Shown here one piece after another: positions 8,512 through 16,643 of a stretch of DNA of 64,000 bases (the first letter of the stretch is position 1; each line of letters begins with the position of its first letter). The translations under genes were made by a program, and so were the position numbers. Under the pieces are notes generated by a model. That model saw only the letters and a list, made by a program, of their open reading frames with translations. It had not been told where the DNA came from and searched no databases. The stretch lies in assembly GCA_021852055.1 (NCBI GenBank), contig JAJZOD010000003.1, positions 82,846-146,845 on the forward strand, given 5' to 3'. The stretch comes from Candidatus Micrarchaeota archaeon. Its GTDB lineage: Archaea; Micrarchaeota; Micrarchaeia; Micrarchaeales; CABMGC01.

Positions 8512-9187
8512 TTATCCACTCCTTAAGTCTGTTTATCATTAGTTCAAACGATGGCGGCAGACCTGTTATTATCAAGTGATCCAGACTTGAGATATCTGAA
8601 GGGGGATTATTTTCTATCTTGGCAACCAGATTCTTTATTTTTTTAACAGTTTTATGGTCAGCCTTTTTTATTAACGAAACCAAATACCACATGTCATATA
8701 AGTCATGGGCTTCTGGATGCTTGAAGCCATCCTCATCATTAAGCTTATCTTCATATGCTACTATTTTCTCCTCCAATAAATCTACTGGGCTAAGAGATAG
8801 TACCACAATTTTGCTTTCATCAATCTTTGAATAGTCAGCGTGTATGCCTTTCTTATACTTAAAATTTATATCGATCTTCATTTTTGTGCCAACTAATTCG
8901 ACAATAAAATGCATTGTGTCATTTGACCTGCTGTATCCTTTTTCCTTAATCACAAACCCATTTTCTTGCAGAAACTTAGAAACTGCTCGGTATTCTTGCA
9001 TCTTTTCCGAAACTGTTTTCACTTTCATATAAAAATCAAGATCCCTCGAAAATCTGTTCCCTGAATAGCAACGCCATATTGCTGTTCCACCATGAAACAC
9101 GAGATTCGTATATCTACTGTATAATATCTCAATTAGTATATCTTCAAGTTTTGCTTTTTCAACTTGTGCTGGGTCTCTTAAGTTCAT
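8498..9187 (-). CDS. abiEii: AbiEii/AbiGii-family nucleotidyltransferase toxin (type IV TA / abortive infection)
   Basis: Motif FHGGTAIWRCYSGNRFSRDLDFY matches the family signature GGTAL..Y...RFS.DLDF. Size is 229 aa. Confidence 0.75.
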   Translation of the reverse strand: MNLRDPAQVEKAKLEDILIEILYSRYTNLVFHGGTAIWRCYSGNRFSRDLDFYMKVKTVSEKMQEYRAVSKFLQENGFVIKEKGYSRSNDTMHFIVELVGTKMKIDINFKYKKGIHADYSKIDESKIVVLSLSPVDLLEEKIVAYEDKLNDEDGFKHPEAHDLYDMWYLVSLIKKADHKTVKKIKNLVAKIENNPPSDISSLDHLIITGLPPSFELMINRLKEWINDNS

Positions 9188-9208
9188 AATATCATTAACT
9201 ACACTTTA

Positions 9209-9224
9209 TTACATATTTATGTAA
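9209..9224. promoter_or_regulatory. Perfect 16-bp palindrome TTACATATTTATGTAA 22-37 nt upstream of the abiEii start. Candidate autoregulatory operator overlapping the promoter
   Basis: The inverted repeat is read directly from the sequence. AbiEi proteins are known to autoregulate through promoter inverted repeats. Confidence 0.35.
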
Positions 9225-9281
9225 TAATATACATTTATATAACTGTATGTTAAAACAAACCGTTGTAGCTTTATCCGAAAG

Positions 9282-9712
9282 TCATAGACAACTTAAGAAT
9301 ATTATACCCAGTAGGACTTTTTTGATATAATGTTCGCCAATAAGTTTCGTCTTTCCGTATAGCGTTGGTGGGTCTTGATTTACACCGAGTGTAGAAATAT
9401 ATAGTACCTTAGAATTAATCATGTTTGCAGCCGTAACCACGTTTTTGGTTCCTTCAGAATTAATTGCGAGGGCACTTTTAGGATATTCTTCACATACTTT
9501 CCTACTTGGAATTGCAGCAGCATGTATAGTTAATTCCGGCCTTATGGTTAAGAAAGCTTGAACAACCGCTTCCTTATTAGTAATGTCCAGTTCTATTAAT
9601 TCATTGAATAATTTGTTTTTCTGAAATGTGCCAATTAATTCATAGTGCTTGCTTAGGTTCGTGAATATGCTTGCGCCTACATACCCGTTGCTCCTGTAAC
9701 TAAGATCTTCAT
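9282..9712 (-). pseudogene. Frameshifted and 3'-truncated NAD-dependent sugar reductase/epimerase (RmlD / dTDP-4-dehydrorhamnose reductase-like)
   Basis: The minus strand reads MKILVTGATGM* and then, after a -1 shift, GYVGASIFTNLSKHYELIGTFQ...IHAAAIPSRKVCEEYP...STLGVNQDPPTLYGKTKLIGEHYIKK. This contains a Rossmann GxxGxxG and a YxxxK. It ends after ~140 aa, against ~280 aa expected. Confidence 0.7.
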
Positions 9713-9713
9713 T

Positions 9714-10574
9714 CTAAAACTTTGTTTGATTTATATCTATGACAATTGGTGCGTGGTCACTCGGAGGCTCAAGGTTTTCTATAGGGACGCGCTCTTCTTT
9801 GTCTACCCATATCCGATCTACCAGACCTAGAATACCTTTGTCACCTAGGACTAAATCGAAACGCAGACCTTCGTCACGGTTAAATCCATCACGCATGTAA
9901 GGCCACCATGTGAAAACACGCTCTTGGGTTTTTGTTCGGAGTATGTCTTGAAGCCGTGTTCCTTGAAGTCTCTTTAGCCAAGCTCTTTCTTCTGGAGTAC
10001 AATGGATCCGGTCCTTAAGTCCTTCTGGATCCCATACGTCGCAATCGTCTGGAGCAACATTAAAATCACCCACAATAAGAAGAGGAGGAGTTCGAGGGAG
10101 ATGTTGCAGCCAATCTCCAAAAGTTTCCATCCAACGGCCTTTAAGCAGGAATTTATCGCTAGTTCTGTCGTCTCCGTTTATCACATAAGCATTAACCAAT
10201 CGCACTCCTCCAATACACGCCGATATTACTCTGGCTTCATCAGACGCAGGATCTTTTGGAAAACCACGCAAAACTTCAGAAAACTCTAGATTATTTTTCA
10301 TTTCATCCACCGTGGAAAGCTTGCTTTTAGGAAAAGCCGTTAAATTGTGTTGTTTAGCTTGACCACGAATCAGGATTGCCACACCATTATAGCTAGTTTG
10401 GCCGTAAAGTATTGAATAGTAACCTGCAGTGCTCAATTGGGCTTCAGGAAAATCTTTGTTAGCTACCTTAGTTTCTTGCAAGCACACCACGTCCGGTCTA
10501 TGGCGTTTGACTAAGGCCAAAAACCTAGGTAGTCGTGCTCGGATAGAATTTACATTCCAAGAGATAATGCGCAT
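9714..10574 (-). CDS. xth: Exodeoxyribonuclease III (AP endonuclease, EEP fold)
   Basis: MRIISWNVNSIRARL...VVCLQETK...GDFNVAP...SDHAP, the full ExoIII motif set. Confidence 0.9.
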   Translation of the reverse strand: MRIISWNVNSIRARLPRFLALVKRHRPDVVCLQETKVANKDFPEAQLSTAGYYSILYGQTSYNGVAILIRGQAKQHNLTAFPKSKLSTVDEMKNNLEFSEVLRGFPKDPASDEARVISACIGGVRLVNAYVINGDDRTSDKFLLKGRWMETFGDWLQHLPRTPPLLIVGDFNVAPDDCDVWDPEGLKDRIHCTPEERAWLKRLQGTRLQDILRTKTQERVFTWWPYMRDGFNRDEGLRFDLVLGDKGILGLVDRIWVDKEERVPIENLEPPSDHAPIVIDINQTKF

Positions 10575-10723
10575 AAGTAGTATTTGTAGTAATTATTTAT
10601 TAAAAGGGTGGTGCCGAATCCCGCGTCTTCATATGCATGGGCTAGACATGACCCTGCTCACCCATTTTTCTTCCGATTTCCTTACTGATGTATCTAAAGC
10701 AACGTATTTTACAAGTTTGAAAA

Positions 10724-10757
10724 GTCTGGGTGCGATTGCGGTTTCAAAGCCGAATCC
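10724..10757 (+). repeat. Right copy of the 34-bp perfect direct repeat
   Basis: Identical to 6177-6210. Another fragment, gccgaatcccgcg (10613-10625), resembles the tRNA-Ala T-arm 3' half. Confidence 0.9.
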
Positions 10758-10838
10758 GAAACATCTATAAAAAGTCCCTGTTGCCATATAAGGGTTTAAA
10801 TACTCGTTGAACCTAATTAATGGTTGATAGGTGATAAG

Positions 10839-11015
10839 ATGTCCAAAAAATTTGCATGCAAGGATATAGGTATATCGTGTGGTTTTGAAGCACGTGCAGG
10901 CTCTGAAGCAGATCTGATGAAGAAGATAGCTGCTCATGCCAAAAAAGCGCATAACATGTCTGAGATAGACTCAGCTACAATGGCAAAAGTAAAAGCAGCT
11001 ATAAAAGAAGCCTAA
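10839..11015 (+). CDS. DUF1059-family small protein
   Basis: MSKKFACKDIGISCGFEA... The ATG at 10839 is preceded by AGGTGAT. The ORF-track start at 10824 is a TTG. Confidence 0.6.
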   Translation: MSKKFACKDIGISCGFEARAGSEADLMKKIAAHAKKAHNMSEIDSATMAKVKAAIKEA

Positions 11016-11120
11016 AGTTGCAAAGCATGCGTCAAAGTAAGCGGTATGCTGCAATACCACAGATATGATTTTAGTGTTAGCTTGGCCTTTCTTATTCAAT
11101 TAAAATGTTCAAAATCAGTT

Positions 11121-11669
11121 TTACATCTTTGAGAATGTAAGCATGTAATGCGTTCCGATGTTCTGCTTCTTAATGAGATTGAACCTTTGTTTCTCCATCT
11201 TTTCTATTACATCTTCTTCGGAGAATCTTATCTTAACCGGAGGCCCAAATGCAGTTTCCTCCTTCTTCCAGTCAAGGTCTATAAACTTGCCATTCTTCTT
11301 CAGAACCCTGCCTATCTCACTTTCATATCCCAATGGAACATCATGGAATGAGTTTGCTGCAAACACAAAATCCATACTGCTGTCTTTAAACGGCAATCTG
11401 TCACGCGGCGCTTTGATTATCTTTATGTTTTCGAGCCCTGCCAGGTTTGTGTTCATTGCTGCTATTGCGTTATCAGACACATCAACGCAGTACAGGTTCT
11501 TGGCATAGCCTCCGAGTATTCTTGAGAACCTTCCGCCTCCTGCCCCCAAGTCTATGCCGTCCAAAAGACTGATATACTCCTTATCATCTTTTATTGCGTC
11601 TATGAACTGTTTTTCTACTTCTGTAACCTTCAAAAAATTATGCATGTGCATGTTTCCGCCGTTGTCCAT
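11121..11669 (-). CDS. Class I SAM-dependent methyltransferase
   Basis: Motif I is DLGAGGGRFS and there is a downstream acidic loop CVDVSD. Confidence 0.75.
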   Translation of the reverse strand: MDNGGNMHMHNFLKVTEVEKQFIDAIKDDKEYISLLDGIDLGAGGGRFSRILGGYAKNLYCVDVSDNAIAAMNTNLAGLENIKIIKAPRDRLPFKDSSMDFVFAANSFHDVPLGYESEIGRVLKKNGKFIDLDWKKEETAFGPPVKIRFSEEDVIEKMEKQRFNLIKKQNIGTHYMLTFSKM

Positions 11670-11729
11670 GAAATCACTATAATGCTATTACATATGCAAA
11701 GAAATAAAATAACGGACCTCTAATTTACT

Positions 11730-12248
11730 ATGGATGATTTTATGAGCATAGGCATTGGAAAGGATGCGCCAAAGAAGGTTAACGCCTTTATAGAGATACC
11801 AAAAGGGAGCAATGTCAAGTATGAGCTTGATGAGGAAACCCAGATGATAAAGGTAGACAGGATACTCCATACCTCTATGGTATATCCATACAACTACGGG
11901 TTTGTTGCAGGTACAAAAGGAGAAGACGGCGACCCGCTTGATATAATGGTGATAAGCACAGCACCGTTTGCAACTGGCACGTTTGTTGCTGCAAAACCAA
12001 TAGGAAACCTGCTTATGAAGGATGAGGAAGGCATAGATACAAAGGTTATTGCAGTGCCTACTGAAAAGGTGGACCCTGATTTTGGAAAGATTAATGACAT
12101 ATCAGAGCTCGGAGAACACACAAAGAACATGATATCGCACTTCTTCTCCTATTACAAGAGCCTTGAACCTGGCAAGTGGGCTGAAGTATCTGGCTGGGAA
12201 GGTGCAGAAAAGGCACAGGCACTCATCAAGAAGTCGGCAAAAGGCTGA
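11730..12248 (+). CDS. ppa: Inorganic pyrophosphatase (family I)
   Basis: FIEIPKGSNVKYELD...YPYNYGF...GEDGDPLD...DEEGIDTKVIAV. Confidence 0.9.
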   Translation: MDDFMSIGIGKDAPKKVNAFIEIPKGSNVKYELDEETQMIKVDRILHTSMVYPYNYGFVAGTKGEDGDPLDIMVISTAPFATGTFVAAKPIGNLLMKDEEGIDTKVIAVPTEKVDPDFGKINDISELGEHTKNMISHFFSYYKSLEPGKWAEVSGWEGAEKAQALIKKSAKG

Positions 12249-13034
12249 TTACCTTACTGAGAAAGGACCTGCGGGCAGATGCTGCATGATATAATCTACA
12301 TCATCATATCCGAGCTTTTTTGCTATAAGCTTGGCTGCATCGGATTTCTTCATCTTGCCAAGAGATATGCCAACAAAATCATTTATTCCGCGGTTTTCAC
12401 AGGCTGTGAGCGGTGCAATGCATGCAACCTTGCGCTTCTTGCCTTCTGCGCCAAGCTCTTCCATGAAAGCGCACAACCCTAAGGGCGTATTCTTGTACCA
12501 TTCACGCTCGCCTTTCAGTACGAAACTGCCCTTTCCTAATGATCCTGAGTTTCTTGACTTTGTAACCTGCCCGCGATCCAGTGCGTATACATCTACAGTG
12601 GTCTGCGAGTTGTCCCACGCTTTTGAAAACGATGCTGAAAGCTGTGCGGCTTCCTCCCTGTCTTTCCTGCCTGAACCCTTTCCGTCCTTAAGTATTACAA
12701 CCGAGGCGCCGAATATATCTGCATGGAAGAACAGGTCCGCTTCTGCGAAGTGCTTTGAGTTCAGCTCCTCGTTCTGGTCTGCGCTCCTTCCCCCTATAGC
12801 TAGAAGCCCAGAGCTTGTGAAGAACCAGTTGAACTTCTCGAACCACTCCCTCCTCTCCAAGGTCTTCATCTTTTTCTGCTTCTCCTGCTGCTCCTCTACC
12901 TTTGCAAATTTCGCCTTAAGCTCTTCAGCAGACAACCGCGCTCCCTCTGCCTTAGCCTTTGCTTTTTTTGATTTCTCAAAATACGATTGTGCGTTCTCCT
13001 GCGCACTCTTAGTGAAGTCTATTACAACATCCAT
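12249..13034 (-). CDS. NFACT-R/DUF814 domain protein (Rqc2/Tae2-related RNA-binding domain)
   Basis: N-terminal coiled coil, then ADLFFHADIFGASVVILKDG, which is typical of DUF814. Confidence 0.55.
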   Translation of the reverse strand: MDVVIDFTKSAQENAQSYFEKSKKAKAKAEGARLSAEELKAKFAKVEEQQEKQKKMKTLERREWFEKFNWFFTSSGLLAIGGRSADQNEELNSKHFAEADLFFHADIFGASVVILKDGKGSGRKDREEAAQLSASFSKAWDNSQTTVDVYALDRGQVTKSRNSGSLGKGSFVLKGEREWYKNTPLGLCAFMEELGAEGKKRKVACIAPLTACENRGINDFVGISLGKMKKSDAAKLIAKKLGYDDVDYIMQHLPAGPFSVR

Positions 13035-13053
13035 GCCCCTGCCCAGATGGGAG

Positions 13054-13254
13054 TCATGCCACGACTCCTATTATGATAGATATTACAAATCCAACTATAC
13101 CGAGAAGTATAGTTCCCAAAAGCACAACCTTCATGGTTCTCATGAATGCATCTGTTCCGGGTTTGTAGCTTACGCTCATCACGTGCTTTGAATTGGATAT
13201 AAAGCCCCTCAGGCGCTGAATTATGTTGATGTTCATAATACAACCAATACGCAT
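13054..13254 (-). CDS. secE: Protein translocase subunit SecE/Sec61-gamma. The true start is possibly the internal Met at 13236
   Basis: ...SYKPGTDAFMRTMKVVLLGTILLGIVGFVISIIIGVV has a single C-terminal TM helix. It sits immediately downstream of ftsZ, as in many archaea. Confidence 0.7.
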   Translation of the reverse strand: MRIGCIMNINIIQRLRGFISNSKHVMSVSYKPGTDAFMRTMKVVLLGTILLGIVGFVISIIIGVVA

Positions 13255-13310
13255 TGACTATAATATACTTGGCAGCTAGCATTAAAAAGGCTTTCTATAC
13301 AGTTGCGTTA

Positions 13311-14399
13311 TTATTCACTGTCATCAAAAATCTTGTCAAGGTCAAGATCTCCGGAGCCGCTGCCGCCTTTTCTTAAATTCAGATTCGAATAGTCTGCAAA
13401 TTCTACGCCGCCCATTACAACCATGACCTTGACTGCGCTTTTCTGCATTGATGCATCAATGCGGGCGCCCCATTTCATCATGGCGTCCTCACTTATCCTC
13501 CCTGCAACCTCCTGGAATACCTTCTCTGCCTCGCGTAGCGTTAGGTCTTCTCCTCCCACTATGTTTACAAGGGCTTTTTTAGCTTTAGACAAGTCTACAT
13601 CAAGAAGCGGAGAGTTAAGCGTATTGTTTATGGCTATGGATGCCCTGTCGCTTGTTTGCGTCGAGTTCGCCTCGCCTATGCCTATCACTGCATAGCCGGA
13701 GTCCTTGAGAACACTCCTGAGGTCGGCAAAATCAAGGTTGACCATGCCTGGTTTGGTGACCATCTCAACGATGCCTTTTGTTGCGTTTGCAAGCACTTCG
13801 TCGCTTATCCTGAAGGCCATATTGAGCGGCAGGTCAGGGGCTACAGCCAGCAACTTGTCATTAGGTATTATTATTGTAGTATCTGTTACCCTTTTTAATT
13901 TTGAAAGGCCCTCAAGCGCATTACGCATGCGTGCCTTGCCTTCGCTTGAGAACGGGAGCGTTACAATGGCAACTGTAAGTGCGCCTGCCTCTTTCGCCTC
14001 ATGCGCTATTATGGGTGCAGAGCCGGTCCCTGTGCCACCTCCAAGCCCGCATGTTATAAACACAAGCTGCGAGCTTTCAAGCACATGGCGTATCTCATCC
14101 TTGCTCTCTACGGCAGACTCCTCACCCATTTTCGGATCAGAGCCTGCTCCAAGGCCTTTTGATACCCTCTTTCCTATAAGCACCTTCCTGTTTGAACGCG
14201 TTTTTGCAAGATGCGATGCATCTGTGTTCATGGCTATAAGCGTAGTGCCATCTATGTTGAGCTCTGATACCCTTGATATGGTGTTCGAGCCGCTCCCTCC
14301 GGCACCTACTATGCATATCTTCGGCTTGGCAGACTCTATAAACTTGAGAAGCTCTTCATCATCCTGTGATATCACTGCATTGCTAATTACATCAGACAT
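13311..14399 (-). CDS. ftsZ: Cell division GTPase FtsZ
   Basis: Tubulin signature GGGTGTGSAP, plus NTDA and VGAGGSGSN motifs. Confidence 0.95.
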   Translation of the reverse strand: MSDVISNAVISQDDEELLKFIESAKPKICIVGAGGSGSNTISRVSELNIDGTTLIAMNTDASHLAKTRSNRKVLIGKRVSKGLGAGSDPKMGEESAVESKDEIRHVLESSQLVFITCGLGGGTGTGSAPIIAHEAKEAGALTVAIVTLPFSSEGKARMRNALEGLSKLKRVTDTTIIIPNDKLLAVAPDLPLNMAFRISDEVLANATKGIVEMVTKPGMVNLDFADLRSVLKDSGYAVIGIGEANSTQTSDRASIAINNTLNSPLLDVDLSKAKKALVNIVGGEDLTLREAEKVFQEVAGRISEDAMMKWGARIDASMQKSAVKVMVVMGGVEFADYSNLNLRKGGSGSGDLDLDKIFDDSE

Positions 14400-14501
14400 T
14401 TCGTCGCCCTGTTAATATTTATTAGCAAAAACATAAAAAGATTGCTGACAACGGCGTGCCTCCTCTATAATAGCAATTAATAGCAATTCGCATGACTGCA
14501 T

Positions 14502-15116
14502 TCATGGCGGACTTATGAGGTGCGACGATATGGCTGCGCTGCCTATGTAGCCTGCAAGAAGGCTTGCAAATAAGAGCACTATCCAGAAAAGCGCAATAAG
14601 AATGTACCAGCCTATCCAGGGATTCTTCTTAAGCCCTGGAAGGCGCTCGACTACAAGTGCAACAGGATATGAAAGAATGCCGGTAACTCCATACAAGAAG
14701 TATAAGCCAAGCAACGCCATCGGCGCGCTTGTCAAGCCTATGCCATATCCCTCTATGCCATATATGATTACCATCACGCCTACAAGCAGGCCGAGGAAGC
14801 CTACATACTCAAGCCTGACGTTGTATCTTACAGACAGCGCAAATCCCATCAGGAGTATGCCGAACGAGATAAACGGGTCGTAGAATAATATGTTGTAGCT
14901 GCCTGGAAGTGGCCATGTGAACTGGCCCCACAAGCCCACAATCAGCATATACGCCCCTATCAAGCCCAGCGGAACGCCTGCACTGCGCAGATAAACCCCA
15001 AAATCTTTTTTGTTTTTCCTGTAAGCCATATACACCGATGATATCGTATAAAGCAGGATGAAGCCGGCAAAGCTGAGCATGAACAGCGAGTATGCAAGGT
15101 TGTCTATAAATGCCAT
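14502..15116 (-). CDS. Integral membrane protein (about 6 TM helices, possibly DUF981-like)
   Basis: Hydrophobic helices run throughout. No catalytic motif recognised. Confidence 0.5.
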   Translation of the reverse strand: MAFIDNLAYSLFMLSFAGFILLYTISSVYMAYRKNKKDFGVYLRSAGVPLGLIGAYMLIVGLWGQFTWPLPGSYNILFYDPFISFGILLMGFALSVRYNVRLEYVGFLGLLVGVMVIIYGIEGYGIGLTSAPMALLGLYFLYGVTGILSYPVALVVERLPGLKKNPWIGWYILIALFWIVLLFASLLAGYIGSAAISSHLISPP

Positions 15117-15270
15117 ATCCTCTGATTTATGATTAATCAGATATATTTATAACTTTTATGGTATGCAGTTCTATGCCTTTCCGAAACTCGGCTACGCTGC
15201 ATCATCTGCAAATTTATGTAAATTTACGCAGTGTTTATTAATTTTAACATGTAAAGACGTATGATAAATC

Positions 15271-16332
15271 ATGGATATTGATGAGCGGATAGAGATAATA
15301 CGCTCCGAACCTACCGAGGAGATAGTTACTGACCAGGATCTGAGAACAGTGCTTGAAACAAAAGCGCATCCTAAACATTACATTGGCTTTGAGATAAGCG
15401 GCATGCTGCACATAGGCCATGTGCTTGTGGTCGGTAAGAAGATAAACGACCTTGAAAAGGCAGGTGTGCAGACCCAGATACTCATAGCAGACTGGCACAC
15501 TGTGGCGAACCAGAAGCTCGGCGGAGACTGGGAGCGCATTAAAAAAGCTGCCGAGTTTTACAAGAGAGTGTTCAGTTTTGTGTGCCCGAACTCAAAGATT
15601 ATACTCGGCTCTGATCTTTACCACAACAACAACGAGTACTGGAAGGATGTCATGAAAATTTCAGCAAAGACAACCATGGCCCGGGCCACGCGCACTCTCA
15701 TAATTCAGGGCCGGAGCGAGAAGGACACGCTTCATGTGTCGCAGTACATTTATCCTATGATGCAGGTTGCCGACATAAAGGCGCTCGATGTAGACATATC
15801 GCATGCTGGAATGGATCAGCGCAAGGTCCATATGCTTGCGCGCGAGGTGTTCGGAGAGCTGCATGACAAGCGGCCGCTTGCGCTGTTGCATACGCATCTG
15901 CTGCAGTCGCTTCTCGAGCCTCAGAAACTGAACGAGAGCGCGACAAAAGAGGAGATAGCAACTGCAATGAAGATGAGCAAATCAAAGCCAGGCTCCGGAA
16001 TAAACATCCTTGCAGGAAAGGAAGAGATCAAGCGCATAATCTCCGGAGGCTGGTGTCCTGAGGGTGTCACAGAAGGCAATCCGATACTGGGCCTGTGCAG
16101 GTATGTAATATTCCCCCACCTCAAGACAATGAAGATAGAGCGCAGCAGCAAATACGGCGGCGACATCGAATTTTCATCCTACAGGGACCTAGAAGAGTAC
16201 TTCGCCGGGAAGAAGCTGCATCCTGCTGATCTTAAAAGTGCTGTCGCATCGTCCATGATTAAGATTATCTCCCCAATATCTGACAGGTTCTCCGGAGAAA
16301 AAGAGGAGCTGGGGCGCCTTTTTGCTGTCTGA
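15271..16332 (+). CDS. tyrS: Tyrosyl-tRNA synthetase (class I)
   Basis: HIGH motif (LHIGH), KMSKS motif, and GMDQRKVHMLARE matching archaeal TyrRS GMEQRKIHMLARE. Confidence 0.8.
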   Translation: MDIDERIEIIRSEPTEEIVTDQDLRTVLETKAHPKHYIGFEISGMLHIGHVLVVGKKINDLEKAGVQTQILIADWHTVANQKLGGDWERIKKAAEFYKRVFSFVCPNSKIILGSDLYHNNNEYWKDVMKISAKTTMARATRTLIIQGRSEKDTLHVSQYIYPMMQVADIKALDVDISHAGMDQRKVHMLAREVFGELHDKRPLALLHTHLLQSLLEPQKLNESATKEEIATAMKMSKSKPGSGINILAGKEEIKRIISGGWCPEGVTEGNPILGLCRYVIFPHLKTMKIERSSKYGGDIEFSSYRDLEEYFAGKKLHPADLKSAVASSMIKIISPISDRFSGEKEELGRLFAV

Positions 16333-16384
16333 TGCCTCGCATTTATTTTAGCAGTCATCTGCTTCTCGCAGTGCAAATTACATT

Positions 16385-16585
16385 AATGTGCAAGCCTGGC
16401 AGCATATCCAAAAGCCAAGTGCAGGCAGGAAAAGGCACGCCGGGATTGGGACTTTCACAACCTTTAGTTTTAATCAAACTTTCCCTAAAAGCCTGTTTTG
16501 AACCCAAAAGGCCCGAAGGCCACCAGATCTCGAGTTTCGCCGCGCACACTGGCGCGATACCTGGTTCTGCCATCCCGGCTCAAGA
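16385..16585 (-). ncRNA. Candidate structured non-coding RNA of unknown class. Strand is tentative
   Basis: The gap between tyrS and the next gene is 311 nt with no credible ORF. Minus-strand structures are a GGCC-UUCG-GGCC hairpin (16510-16521), a CGCGC/GCGCG hairpin (16541-16556), a 7-bp helix ACCAGGU/AUCUGGU (16559-16565 with 16522-16528) and a long-range 8-bp helix GCCGGGAU/AUCCCGGC (16572-16579 with 16439-16446). Confidence 0.3.
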
Positions 16586-16643
16586 ATAATTGGCAAACAA
16601 ACCTTATTAATCTTGTCTTGGCGTATCTTTAGACTGTGCGGAT

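Larger units (their letters stand above)
6110..10757. mobile_element. tRNA-Ala-adjacent accessory island, probably decayed and serially integrated element(s). No integrase recognised
   Basis: It starts at the tRNA-Ala 3' end and contains a decayed tRNA-Ala copy. Identical 34-bp direct repeats lie at 6177-6210 and 10724-10757. Cargo is defence/TA-type, one gene is truncated, and composition looks AT-richer by eye. Confidence 0.45.

Noticed and set aside
10429-10952. ORFs 10429..10770 (+) and 10629..10952 (-) spanning the right 34-bp repeat
   Set aside because: They overlap each other and the xth and DUF1059 promoter region, and have no motifs. The shared peptide GFGFETAIAPR only reflects the DNA repeat. 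A remnant of a coding gene cannot be excluded.
12331-14415. Long antisense ORFs, for example 12331..13191 and 13705..14415. Similar ones occur elsewhere: 25555..26295, 42179..42982, 43034..43537, 44715..45206 and 53583..54743
   Set aside because: They are shadow ORFs opposite well-supported genes (NFACT-R, ftsZ, gmd, MAT, dhys, P-type ATPase). They have low-complexity Ser/Pro/Ala-rich composition and no recognisable motifs.
16333-16643. Assignment of the structured spacer as SRP RNA or RNase P RNA
   Set aside because: I could not locate the SRP helix-8 motif (GNAR loop with AGCA) or an Alu-domain UGUAAC. For RNase P only CR-I-like GAAAGUCC strings are present, with no CR-IV/V or P4 partner. 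It is kept only as an unclassified ncRNA candidate.
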